This document shows, one piece after another, positions 27,046 through 39,052 of a DNA stretch of 64,000 nt; position 1 is the first letter of the stretch; each line of letters begins with the position of its first letter. The notes under the pieces are model-generated. The model was given only the letters and a program-made list of their open reading frames with translations, was not told the DNA's origin and made no database searches. The translations under genes were made by a program, and so were the position numbers. Origin of the DNA: Zancudomyces culisetae HAW-14-8 (lineage: Eukaryota > Fungi > Kickxellomycota). Location of the stretch: NCBI GenBank assembly GCA_052426225.1, contig JBNJNM010000006.1:868001-932000 (forward strand), written 5' to 3'.

Positions 27046-28164
27046 ATGGGAGTTCTCGAAGTTCTAACCAACTGTTTTAAAACAGTGATATTAAAAGTAT
27101 TTGAGGCTTTGAGGGTTCCGGTAGTTGGGTACGTTATCAGTTCTTCCAGTGAAATAGTATATAATATTTTATCAAAGCTGAAATTTGGACCCTTTTCGGC
27201 ACAAGCCCAAATAAACCGATATGTGGAAGATTTCAAGCTTCAGCGAGAGTGGAAACAGCAACAAGTTGTGGAACAACCCACTTTGGTAGCAATAGTAACG
27301 GGTGCAAACAGTGGAATTGGCTACGAAACTGCCAAGGCTATCGTTGCTGCTGGCTTTCACACTGTTTTTGCTTGCAGAAACAAGAGCGCAACTATACAGG
27401 CGATCGAAAGTATCACTACTGAATTGAATAAGGCGGGCAGCGCTATCGGTAATTGCGAATTCATGGAGCTAGATCTGGGTTCCGTTGCTTCAGTAAAAAA
27501 CTTTGTTGCTGAATTTAACTCAAAACACGATAGGCTAGACTTATTAATCAACAATGCAGGATTGGCAAGCGCCTTATCCACTACCACTGCTGATGGTATT
27601 GAGGTGTGCTTTGGTACAAACCACGTAGGCCATCATGTTTTAACTAATGGCTTACTAGATGTAATGAAAAAGACGCCCAACGATGGTGTCAACAATCCCA
27701 GGATCGTTTTCGTTTCGTCTACTGCTCACTACAACGCCAAATACGACAAAAGATTGGTTACAGACCCTAACATGCGCGTGAGTTTTGCAAACTACGAACT
27801 GAGCAAACTTGCCAACATCATGTGTGCAAACGAATTGTCCAGACGACTCTATGAGGAGAACCCAAATAACCGAATCACTGTAAACTCACTCCATCCTGGA
27901 ATTGTTTATACCAGCGTCGCTCGCCACTCCGAGCTAATGAAAAATAGGATTTTGAACTTTTTCTATCACAGCATCGCTATTGGACCAAAAGCGGGTGCAC
28001 TTACTACAATTAAACTTGCACTGTCCAGCCAAGTGTCACATACCAGTGGAAAATACTTTGAGCGTGAGCTTGAACTATCTCCTAGTGCCATATCTCAAAA
28101 CCCTGAAACTTGGAAAGACCTTTGGAGATTTACTGAGGACCTGATTGTTTCACATGCTGTTTAA
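27046..28164 (+). CDS. Short-chain dehydrogenase/reductase, retinol dehydrogenase/WWOX-like
   Basis: TGANSGIG, LINNAG, FGTNHVGH, VSS, catalytic YELSK, SLHPG, SGKYF. Confidence 0.92.
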   Translation: MGVLEVLTNCFKTVILKVFEALRVPVVGYVISSSSEIVYNILSKLKFGPFSAQAQINRYVEDFKLQREWKQQQVVEQPTLVAIVTGANSGIGYETAKAIVAAGFHTVFACRNKSATIQAIESITTELNKAGSAIGNCEFMELDLGSVASVKNFVAEFNSKHDRLDLLINNAGLASALSTTTADGIEVCFGTNHVGHHVLTNGLLDVMKKTPNDGVNNPRIVFVSSTAHYNAKYDKRLVTDPNMRVSFANYELSKLANIMCANELSRRLYEENPNNRITVNSLHPGIVYTSVARHSELMKNRILNFFYHSIAIGPKAGALTTIKLALSSQVSHTSGKYFERELELSPSAISQNPETWKDLWRFTEDLIVSHAV

Positions 28165-28425
28165 TTTTGCTACTTTGACGTTGGCGTGATTTTCATTTGC
28201 TTTTCCTTTCTTTTTGCTTTTATTTTCATTTGCTTTCCTTTGTTGTTTTTATCCTTTTATTTTTTACGAGTTTACAAAATATGATTGGTGTATTTGATAT
28301 TGAGTGGTAGCTTTGTTTTAAATAGCGAAACAAATATCTTTCTGATTTAGTCTTAGATTGGAATGAATTCCTCTGCTCGTTTATAAACATAGTCAAAAAT
28401 ATTCAGCAGCGAAGAGATAGATACA

Positions 28426-31116
28426 ATGAGTCGGTATGTAGAGATTTTGTTGGAATTGTTAGAAAAAGAAAAACAGTATGAACTGGAGGAATCGCTTTCG
28501 ATTCTAAAAAACCATGAACCCACAAAGCTCCAAAAGTTGGGATTGGCACTGGTAAATCTCCGTATCACAGGTATAAGAGGAGGCTTGGGTGGAAAATTGT
28601 AAGTATTGTTTAATGCCATGATTTGGAAATTTTATGCTGTATTTGGTGCCTTTCCCATGCCTTTAGAGCGCTCATTTTTCTAATGAAGAATTTCATCTCC
28701 AAAATAGCCTGGTTGATTTAGAAGCGACTAGCTATGGGAACCCACTACCAGAGCATACGCTGAAAACAGGTGACATAGTATCGATAAACCCACCAACAGA
28801 ATCTAAAAAGAGAGTAAATGGGAGTGGAGGACGAGGCAGCAAAAAGACATCAAGTAGTGGAGGGAATACCGGTCCTGGCAGCGGGAAGGAAAATAATAAG
28901 ATAAACGGGGTGATTGTGCGGTCTACAGAAAGCAAGCTTGTGCTGTCGATTGAAAATCAAGAAGACATCCAATACGAATGGAAGGAACGGTGCACCATCA
29001 TCAAGCTTGCAAACGAAATAACATTTAAACGAATGATATATGCGATGAATGATTTACATAGGAGGATAAATGACGCAAAAATCCGACAGCAAGACCCTTT
29101 AAATGATTTGGAACGATTTTTGTTGACTGCAGGCATAAAACTGAGCGGGAATGATCTTGATGGCAGCAGCACCATTACCAGTGCAGCCTCTTCAGGTAAT
29201 TTACTTGAAGGAGACGACGACACTGGTGCGGCTTGTGAGTTGATTACGAAAAGATTTGCAGAAGTTAATATGCTCGACAATAGCAATAGCAATAGCGGTA
29301 AAGGTGGGACAATAGAGTATTTGGATGAAAACCTTAATGATTCACAAAAAGAGGCAGTCAAGTTTTCCTTGGAAGCAGAGCATCTGGCACTAATCCATGG
29401 TCCTCCAGGCACAGGAAAAACATATACGCTAATCGAAATTATAAGGCAGCTAGTTCGGCAGGATAAACGAGTGTTAGTTTGTGGACCTTCAAATATATCA
29501 ATCGACAACTTGGCAGAGCGGCTGATAGATAAATCTGTAAAGTGTGTCAGATTGGGGCATCCGGCAAGGGTTTTACCGTCGGTTCAGGATAACAGTCTGG
29601 ACTATCTTTGCAGATATTCAGATGCAGGAAGGCTGGTGGCGGATGTAAGAAAAGAGCTTGACGAAGCACTAAATAAAAAGAGAAAAAATGCCAAATCTAG
29701 CCAGGAAAGAAGAGAGGTATACAATGAAATCAAACTTTTGAGAAAAGAAATCAAACAGCGGGAAGGCAAGGTAATAACTGATCTTATTAATGCGACACCG
29801 GTGGTGCTCTCGACACTTAATGGAGTAGGAAGCCAAAAGATGTCTCGGTCTGCTGGGAAATTTGATGTGCTAATTATCGATGAGGCTGGCCAGGCATTGG
29901 AACCTGAATGTTGGATAGCTATCCCTAAGGCGTGCAAAGTGATCTTGGCGGGTGACCATCTACAGCTCCCACCAACGGTAAAGTCCGAAACGGGAATGAG
30001 ATACGACGACAAGGGGGAGGAGAGCGAACATCATAAGGCGTATTATTCTCTTTGTACAACTTTGTTTGAAAGGTTGATGAACCTTAAAAACAACAATTTT
30101 TCTAGAATGTTGAAGGTTCAATATCGAATGAATGCCAAAATAATTGAGTTTTCTTCAAAGAACTTGTACAATGGTTTTCTTGAATCCCATAGCTCAAACA
30201 AGGATATTCTGCTAACTGATTTTGCCTATGTTGAACCAAATGATGACACGGATAAACCCTTAGTGTTTATCGACACAATGACAAATGCAGATGACTATCA
30301 AGAATCATCTACAATCAACGAGAATTCATCTATTTTGGATGTTAATTCTAAATTCAATGCTGGTGAAGCAAATCTCGTGTATGAGTATGTACTTACTTTG
30401 TGCGATTACGGCGTCCTGCCCAGCGATATAGCAGTGATTTCTCCCTATTCTGCCCAGGTAATTCTGTGTTAATTTTACTACACCCAGTTACTTGTGTTTC
30501 CATCTTTATTTTGAGGGACAGCGTTTTTAAAGACAAGGTGCCAGTGAGAACGTATTCCAAAGTCAGATTAAACTAATATTTTTTTTTCTGTTTTGATAGG
30601 TGTCACTAATCAGATCCAAGTTGAAGCAAGACTATTCTCAAGTTGAGGTAGGCTCAGTAGATGGATTTCAGGGCCGCGAAAAAGGTATGTAGCCACCAAT
30701 GCTATTTACATTTCGTTTTTTCAATATCAAAAGCATTACTTTTCACAATCCCCTCTCCCCCCTCTCGTTCAATCCCTCTTTGCTATCATCCTTTTCTTTT
30801 TTCCCCCGTTTGCTTAATCAAATTACAGCACTAAACTTTACATTGAAATACTTTTAAATCAGCTAGTGGATAGCAGCCCATTTAAACATATAACCATGTA
30901 ATAAAAATAGAGGTTGTCATACTATCGCTGGTGAGGTCAAACTCTGAATTTCAGATTGGCTTTTTGTCAGATTACAGAAGGTTAAATGTTGCAATTACTA
31001 GACCAAAGAGACATCTTTGTGTGATTGGGAATAGCGAATGTTTAAGTAATCGAAACAACTTTTTGATACGTATGTGCAATTGGCTAAATAACTCGGCTGA
31101 TTTGCGATATTCTTAA
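28426..31116 (+). CDS. HCS1: SF1B Upf1-like helicase IGHMBP2/SMUBP-2/Hcs1 (exons ~28426-28598, 28708-30457, 30600-30684, 30911-31116)
   Basis: [88 protein letters not shown]. Confidence 0.92.
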
Positions 31117-32278
31117 ATTGGTAAGATTAAATACCCAGGATGCACAATGTTGATTTTTCACTTGTATTTAGGCCTAATTAGCTTTAATAGACCTCCTTTT
31201 TTACCAGTCTTAGCGGATCACCAAAAATAAATGGCCACAAATAATTTCACTGTAACACAGTAATCGCATTCATCTTAAATAACACGAAAATCAACCTGTC
31301 TGCAAAACCAGTATCATGTGCCGCACCGCCGAGTTAAATTTGGTTATAGGAATGACAGGTGGCGTTAAACAAGTGTAGGGGTATTGTTAACAATGATGCA
31401 AATGCGCACAAAAGAAATTCTGTTTTCCTTCTCCTTCTCAGGGCGGGAAAGCAAAAGTGGTTTTTTTTTACAAAGGAGAGTGGTAATTTTGTGGGCCGCA
31501 TTCTATTATCAGCTGGTTCCATTGACTTGTTTTTCAAGAAAATGTAGAAGAACGCGATGTAGAACTTAGCATTATCACCACAGTAGTGCAAGGTTAATAG
31601 CTTTGCTTTTTTTTAGATTTAAAATTTTTTTGTTTCATCTTTCTCGCTTTTTCATCTTTTGCGTTTGGGAATTAGGTCAAAATCGGAATCACTAGGTTTT
31701 TTTTTTTTTTTGAAATCACTAAATACTTTTTGGAAATTATTTTTCTGTTTTTTTTTTAACGCACATGTGAAAAAAAATATCTCCGGAAAATTGTGTTCCA
31801 GGCTTTTTCGTAATGCCATAGAATTGAGGAGTAATTAGACATTTCACAAGTGAATTTAAAAAAAAAAATTGGGATAAAAAAAAGGACAAAATAAGGCGAT
31901 AAGAGTGACTAAGCTCAATTGTACATATTTCGTTTTTCTGGCTCATTAAAATAAAACTTTTACAGATTGTACGTTCCATATTTCTTTTTTTTTTAACTCT
32001 TCGGTTCACAATTAAGTAGTGGAAGCGAGAAAAAGCATAAATAGCCTGTCTCTTTAGCGAACATAACACAGAAAAAAAATATTAAAAAGGTAAAAGACGA
32101 GACGAGACGATACAAGAAAAGAACAGAAACGAAAAAAGACAAGCATTTTCCTTGTTACCATCAATCTGAAATGTTGAGGCTCTAAAAAAATACCTCCCAA
32201 ATATTATCACATACTTGGCAATCGATAAATTCCCAAACTCAAAGTATATTATATATCAATTTTACTAATAGGTAGAGA

Positions 32279-33059
32279 ATGGACAAGGGAAAGAAGAGAA
32301 AGTTTGTAGTTTTAGGACATAGAGGAGTTGGTAGGTTTTGAAAAAGGATGACTAAAAAAACTATAATAGAAGCAAAATTAATACAAATAATACTAATGCA
32401 AAAATCTAAAAAAATAAAAATAGGCAAAACCAGTTTAATAATGAGTTTTGTGGACAACACATATGTAGAAAATTATTATCCGACCATAGAAAGCATTCAT
32501 TGGAAAGCTGTTAAATATAATGATGTATTATATAACTTTGAAATCGTGGACACGGCGGGACAGGTAGGTTTGCGTAGCTAGTTTATTGATATTTGTAGAG
32601 AAATGTGTATTCTTAATCAAAAAAAAAACAACAATATAGGCATTTTAAAAACTACAAATGTTGTATTCGGGAAAATAGGACGAATTTTCTATTCTAAATT
32701 CACAGTACACTGTGGGTGTTGATGGGTATGTACTGGTATTTTCGGTAACCTCGAGATTGAGTTTCGACATGTTGGGATCGATACACGACAAGATTTTGGA
32801 CGCCACAGGTGTAGAATCAATTCCAATGGTCCTGGTGGGAAGTAAAAACGATTTGTCAACACAGAGACAAGTGTCTGAAAAGGAAGCTACAGCTCTTTCC
32901 AAGACCTTCAAATGCAGCTATGTTGAATGTTCAGCAAAAAACAAAACAAACATCGACAAAATATTCCAGATGGCAGTATCTGATTTAGATAAGTTCAACA
33001 ATCCATCGGCTGAGACTGGTGACGACCAGCAAAAGGCAGCCACTTGTACCTTGATGTAA
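32279..33059 (+). CDS. RHB1: Rheb small GTPase (3 exons)
   Basis: G1 GHRGVG|KTS with the Rheb-type Arg, effector loop YYPTIE, DTAGQ|DEFSILNS, GSKND, ECSAK, CaaX box CTLM. Confidence 0.9.
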
Positions 33060-33214
33060 TTTGATACCCCTATCCCTGCCCTTTATCCCCATTTACCTTT
33101 CTTTCTACTGTTGTTTTTCACTATTCTTTGCCTTCTTTTTTCGCAATGCCATTTATTGTTTAATTATTAACAACATTTTAATAAATAACCTTAAAATATA
33201 ACTAAAACATTATA

Positions 33215-34210
33215 TTATGCTGTTGCTTTTGCCAGTTTTGGCTGTAGCTTATAAAGCATATTTCCATTTTCGTCAAAGTCTACATGGTACGATTCGGATG
33301 GTTTGATGTCATTTTTGCTAATGTAATCTGCATAAACTTTCGCAGCTTCCAAATCTCCTCTCTTCTCATACCCCTCTTTCAACAAAACTGCTGCTTCAAA
33401 GTTCAGTGGCATGTTCCCGTTAACTTCAAACGCCTCTTCGGCCGTTACAACTGCTCTTTCCCATCCTAACTCCATATTACTGTTTATACACGCCTGTATC
33501 AATGCGCTATACATAAAGCGATCTGCTTTCATGTTGTATGCTGGCAATGTCCCAAAAATCCTGAACAAATCATCCAAGTATTTGTTTGCAGTCTCCGATT
33601 CTTGCCCTTCTGCCTCTACAATACTGGCTATTTGTGTTGATATCAATTTAAATGTGTTTGTGTATATGTATCCTGTTGGAAATGGCTTGTATTCCCATTT
33701 ATCCAAAAGTGCTTTTATCAAAGGATCCGGATTCTTAAAGTACTGACACCTTGTAAGCAAGATCCATGTTGTTTTTTCGCTCAAGGGAAGGGTATAGAAT
33801 TTTCTCCATCTTTTGTAAAATTTCATTGCCAATTCAAACTCCTCATTTGTCCTCGCGCTCTGTAGCATTGTGTTCAGCTTGGATTTCTTCACAATGGCTT
33901 TTGTAAGATCTTTTCGTGATATATTGTTCATAAAATCAATGTATTCATCGTAGTACTCTTTCCTTACATTGGAGGGTATCGCTGCCTCGTCCTCTTTTTC
34001 GAATTCCGTTTTCACCTTTCCAGAGTTCACGTTGTTTGCTGCATACCCTCTGGTAAGCTGGGCGTTGGTGCCGATTGATGATTCCAGCAATGCTTGATTT
34101 CTGCCCAGGTTTGCATATTTGCTCAATCCATTGCTAATATTTATTGCCGAGAACCTTTTCATTCCTCCGGGAATCCCATTAAATCTTAGAGCTCTACTTA
34201 GGGACTGCAT
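33215..34210 (-). CDS. Mitochondrial helical-repeat (PPR-like) protein
   Basis: Arg-rich presequence ending LTRGYA. PPR-like segments include FMYSALIQACINS and AAVLLKEGYEKRGDLEAA. Confidence 0.55.
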   Translation of the reverse strand: MQSLSRALRFNGIPGGMKRFSAINISNGLSKYANLGRNQALLESSIGTNAQLTRGYAANNVNSGKVKTEFEKEDEAAIPSNVRKEYYDEYIDFMNNISRKDLTKAIVKKSKLNTMLQSARTNEEFELAMKFYKRWRKFYTLPLSEKTTWILLTRCQYFKNPDPLIKALLDKWEYKPFPTGYIYTNTFKLISTQIASIVEAEGQESETANKYLDDLFRIFGTLPAYNMKADRFMYSALIQACINSNMELGWERAVVTAEEAFEVNGNMPLNFEAAVLLKEGYEKRGDLEAAKVYADYISKNDIKPSESYHVDFDENGNMLYKLQPKLAKATA

Positions 34211-34726
34211 TTTTTTTACTCTACCTTCGATTTAGATTTATCCAACAAAAACCCACCTGAGATTGATTCTAAATTGCTTTATCAAAATTTAGAAACATAA
34301 ACACTAAATAAAATATTTTTTAATTAGTCTCGTTGATTTGATTAGGCTGGAAACAAAGGTTCAATTTGTACGATTCTCATGCTATTTGTTTTTTTTTTGG
34401 TTCTCTCCTTTCGAACCTCATTTTAGAACAAGCCTAGCCGCAAACTAGCAAGGAGTAAAAAAAATTTTTTTATCGATTTAGGCCAATGTTGATTTGATAC
34501 TGGTAGATTAATCGCATTTCGAATTCTCATCTCGTTTTCTGTTGATCCAAGAGAACAGAAGAAATACCAAAAATACCAAAAATATCATACATTCTATTGT
34601 CTTTACCTTTTCTTTTACCTTTCCATCTCCTTAAATACCGTAAAATATTGCAAAATCTCGATCACTTTTGTTTTCATTCACAATATCTTGAAAAGAAAAA
34701 TTCTCATTTGAAATAATACTGCAAGC

Positions 34727-36050
34727 ATGAACTCTGTGAATGCAAAGCATGTCCACCGATTTATTAGACGTAATTACTCGACAATTCCGGCAGCACCTGG
34801 AGTCAAGCATGCTACCACAGGTAAAATAAACTTATTAGGGCTTTCTTTGCCTGAACTTTCAGACCTAATAACCAAATCCACTGCTGCAAAGCCGTTTGTT
34901 GCAAAACAGCTATACACTTGGATTTACAAATCAAAGGTTTATAACTTTGAGCAAATGACCAATCTTTCTAAAGAACTTCGAGGGTATTTAACCGAGAACC
35001 ACGGTGTCACCTTGGCAAAAATCCACAAATTGCAAAAGTCGACTGATGGAACAATCAAGTTTTTGTTTGGCTTTTCTGCAGATAACGCTGGTATCAGCGA
35101 AAAGCCCAACAAAATCGTAGAAACTGTGTATATCCCAGAGGAAAACAGAGCAACGTTGTGCGTAAGTTCACAGTATGGATGTAGTTTAAATTGTAAATTT
35201 TGTCATACTGGTACTCAAAAGTTTCAAGGGAATCTGACACCGTTAGAGATTGTTGGGCAAATCCTCACTGCTGAGAATTATCTGATTAACAACACCGATA
35301 CGCCACTCAATAATGCAAATAAGCCAGTAATTTCTAACATTGTGTTTATGGGTCAAGGTGAACCTTTAATGAACTTTAGAAACTTAAAGGCCGCAATTGG
35401 TTTATTATCAGATAGTGGCGGTATTTCGCTCAGTCGCAAAAAGATTACTGTTTCAACTAGTGGAATTATCAAGAACGTCGAAAAGGTTGCGACTGATCTA
35501 GGTGTGCGCTTGGCCATTAGTCTACATGCTAGTAATGATAAAACTAGATCGCTAATTATGCCGATCAACAAGGTATTTGGACTAGAGCCGCTTATGGAGA
35601 GTGTCAGGAACTTTGTAAAATTGAGTAAATGCGATAAGACCAAAAGAGTGACCTTTGAGTAAGTATTGCCTCATCATCTACTTTATTTTGACACAAGGCC
35701 TCTTTAATATTCAATATGAAAACCATACAAGTAGCCATATTAGGCTTTTAAGCTTAGCCAACTCATTAAATTGCTTATATTTCTTTAGATACATAATGTT
35801 AGATTCGGTGAACGACTCCCGCTCTGATGCATTAGAATTAGTAAAATTAATTCATGGGATCCCTTGTATTGTGAACCTGATTCCGTTCAACCCTTGGCCA
35901 GGCTCAATTTTTAAACCCTCTTCGGCCTCAAAAATCCAAAGCTTTCATGCAATCCTAAAAGAAAAAGGAATTATGGTGACAATTAGGACACCTAGAGGTT
36001 TGGATATTATGGCTGCATGTGGCCAATTGAAGAGCACTCTAAGTTTATAA
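34727..36050 (+). CDS. rlmN: Radical-SAM RNA C2-methyltransferase RlmN, mitochondrion-targeted (exons 34727-35658, 35789-36050)
   Basis: CVSSQYGCSLNCKFCHTG (CxxxCxxC), MGQGEP, AISLHA, TFE|Y across the intron, NLIPFNPWPGS, RGLDIMAACGQL. Presequence ...RFIRRNYS. Confidence 0.93.
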
Positions 36051-37285
36051 ACTAAAAAACATGTACTATATTATAGTTTTATTTTATTTTTTCTGAACTT
36101 TAGCCAATTTCGCTAGTATTTGTTGTGCTGTGTTTTGTATATTATTCCACCCCTCCAACAAAATGTAAATATTATTGATAGATAATCCACAATATCTCCT
36201 CCCCACTCCCGCATAAACACAAAAAGAAGTTGTGTTTTATATGTTCTTTTTACACATTTGTATACTAATGGCTTCGTTTTATGCTGTTCTAATGCTCCTA
36301 AATCCTATCAGTATTACCCTTGGAACCAGTGTGGCAATGCCGACTTTGTGTGTATTTTCGCTTTTCATACCTAAATGTATTTACATCAGAGTACATGCTT
36401 GGATTTGTTTATATCTGTTAAAGTTTTGGATATCATAATTGTGTTACTTGATAGGATTTTTTTTTGCTAAATAGAACAGCCACGTTAATGAAGGGAGGGA
36501 GAGGTATCACTAAAAGCCAGGTTGGTAATGAAAATGAACATGAACATGAATAGGTGGGTGCTGAAATAGCCTCGCAGTTTGGCTCTACCTATGCAGACTT
36601 GATTTTTGGCCGATATTTTTTTTGCCTTACGCCTCCTTATCTTTCTCAACAAAAATCACTTTATTTCATACGAATTAGGGCTTTGATTTGTATCCTCTCA
36701 TTTTTTCCGCAGAAAACAGTAAACCAGACGAGATGAGGGGGTCACAAATATGCAAACAAGTACATCATACTTGCAGTCCCATCTAGCTGCATAATCTCAA
36801 AAAAAGGGGGGTCTAATAGACTTGGAAATAAAAATCTCAAACAGGAACAGAAAGGTACCAAAATATCGGGATGTAAGCGTTGCATGAAAAAAAATTAGCC
36901 CTATTTTTTTATGACGAGACAAGTCAATGAGGTTGATCCAAATGTGCATTTATATTCGCGATTACTAGCACTGCGCCATTATATTACTGGTATTTATTTG
37001 CACAACCCTTAACTCTTCAACATCCCCATGGCTCGAGAAAGCTTATGTGTACCTTACACTTAAAAAAACATGGTTTGAAATGTTTAGTATAAATATACAA
37101 GCCGAGGACCCATATATCTCGTTTAATCCCAAACTACAAAAGCAATATCCATTATTTCATTTTTTTGTGCATTTTTATAAAAATTCTAGTATAAATCATT
37201 TTTTAAGCATACCCGACAAATAGGGCATTCAGCAAAAACATCAATATCAGTAAACACACACTTTAAACCGCATAAATTGAAAAAA

Positions 37286-39052
37286 ATGATGTACAAACAA
37301 AGCTTGGGCCCAAAAAATCTAGCCCTACTTACCATTGTACTGACTGCGACAGCGTTGGTCAGCTCTCAGGAATCTGTAGATCAAGAGTCTCAGTCACTTG
37401 TGCCAGGTGGCGGTGGTGAAACTGCCGAATCGGTGGTAGGATCATCATCAGATGCATCCTCTTACACCACGCCCCTGATTGAGAGTGTTACATCTCTCGC
37501 AAGTGAGATTGCTACGTCTGGCTCGGTTCCAGAGGTGTCATCTGCATTGACTTTAGAATCTACGACTAGTTTAACTAGCCAGAGCAAAGGTGCTATAGCT
37601 TCTTCCAGGAGGGAAGAAAAGAAAGGCCACGGAAAGAGCTCTTTGAATAAGACTGGTAAAAAACCAATGGAAAACGTGCGCAAAACAAAAACTAAAGATG
37701 AGTCTAAAAGTAAGGATGCCACCCGATCTAAGGACGCAAAGGGTAGTAAAAAAGTGAACAGTACAAAAACTACAGGTAAAGACAACAAGGGTAAGGCTGG
37801 ACAAAAAAATAAAGAGAAGAGAGATAATAAAGAAAAGAAAAACGGAAAAGACAAGGAAAAGGAAAAGGAAAAGGAAAAGGAAAAGGAAAAGGAAAAGGAA
37901 AAGGAAAAAGAGAAAGAGAAAGACTCTCGAAACCAAGCCGGAAGTGGCACGCCTAGTTCTACAAAAAAATTATCCGAGACACCAAAAACACCAGGAAAAG
38001 GCAAAAATAACAATGACAGGAAAAAAAACAAGGATAAACCTACCCGTTCGCGTGGGAAGGGTAGAGTCAATAAAACTTTGAAATTGTCATCCGCTCAGAA
38101 ATCCCTATCGTCACTAGATTCCTCATCTTTAACATCAGAAACAGGCTCAGCATCTTCAGGATCAGAGGTGTCATCTCCAGGATCAAAAATAATGCCTTCA
38201 GGATCAGAAATGACATCTCCAGGATCAGAAATGACATCTCCAGGATCAGAAATGACATCTCCAGGATCAGAAATAATGCCCTCAGAGACAGCATCTCTAG
38301 AATTCTCAGCAACTTCAACACCTCCCATTTCAGATGAATCTCTTGCCACAGCCACAGCTAATGTTACTACAGACTCGCTCATAGCACCGTTTTCGACATC
38401 TGCTCCTAATACTTCAAATATTGAAAACTCCACTGAAAGCTCTTCAAACGCAGAAACAACCAGCGCCACATTTCTTACTAAGAGAGACGCTGCATCGGAA
38501 CCTCAAAAAAATTCGAGAAGGGGTGCATTAGATTACATACGTAACATTGGTGGCTTTTTCGGTAGCGTGACTGGTGGACCCAAATCCCAAACCCAAGCCC
38601 GAACTCTTTCAAAAACAACTAGTATGAGAGTGAACATGCGCCTATCCAAAAGAGTTCGAATAGCCAACTCGATATACACTCTCAATGATGAAAAAAAACA
38701 TGCTCAAACAAAATTTGAGCGCTTTGATGCCCACAACTCTGCTGAGACACAGACAATATATTCAGGAGAGCTCGAAAACGTATCGACAGTGGCTCCCTTC
38801 GAAAAGGATCAAGAGGACATGCGTAACTTGCTCGAAGATTATACTCATAACTCAAAAAGAGGATTGGTAGCCAATGCAAAACGTGGACCACCACAGCAAT
38901 CCAACCGTAAACAGAGCAAAGGTAATTTACCTACCAAAACCATGGGTAAAAAACCAGCTGGTGCCAAAGATTCTATCACAACTTCAGTGTCAAAGACATT
39001 AAAAGAAGTTTCTGGAGATAAGCAAACCAGCTATGAGATACAAATCGAATAA
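37286..39052 (+). CDS. Secreted low-complexity protein with Ser/Thr-rich, Lys-rich and KE-repeat blocks
   Basis: Signal-peptide-like LALLTIVLTATALVSS/QES, (KE)n, (SPGSEMT)n and dibasic KR sites. No Cys. Confidence 0.75.
   Translation: MMYKQSLGPKNLALLTIVLTATALVSSQESVDQESQSLVPGGGGETAESVVGSSSDASSYTTPLIESVTSLASEIATSGSVPEVSSALTLESTTSLTSQSKGAIASSRREEKKGHGKSSLNKTGKKPMENVRKTKTKDESKSKDATRSKDAKGSKKVNSTKTTGKDNKGKAGQKNKEKRDNKEKKNGKDKEKEKEKEKEKEKEKEKEKEKEKDSRNQAGSGTPSSTKKLSETPKTPGKGKNNNDRKKNKDKPTRSRGKGRVNKTLKLSSAQKSLSSLDSSSLTSETGSASSGSEVSSPGSKIMPSGSEMTSPGSEMTSPGSEMTSPGSEIMPSETASLEFSATSTPPISDESLATATANVTTDSLIAPFSTSAPNTSNIENSTESSSNAETTSATFLTKRDAASEPQKNSRRGALDYIRNIGGFFGSVTGGPKSQTQARTLSKTTSMRVNMRLSKRVRIANSIYTLNDEKKHAQTKFERFDAHNSAETQTIYSGELENVSTVAPFEKDQEDMRNLLEDYTHNSKRGLVANAKRGPPQQSNRKQSKGNLPTKTMGKKPAGAKDSITTSVSKTLKEVSGDKQTSYEIQIE
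37853..37921 (+). repeat. Coding hexanucleotide microsatellite (AAGGAA)n encoding (KE)n
   Basis: About 11 tandem copies visible directly. Confidence 0.9.
38153..38283 (+). repeat. Coding 21-nt tandem repeat (TCTCCAGGATCAGAAATGACA), ~6 copies, encoding SPGSEMT
   Basis: Three near-perfect central copies plus degenerate flanking copies. Confidence 0.9.
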
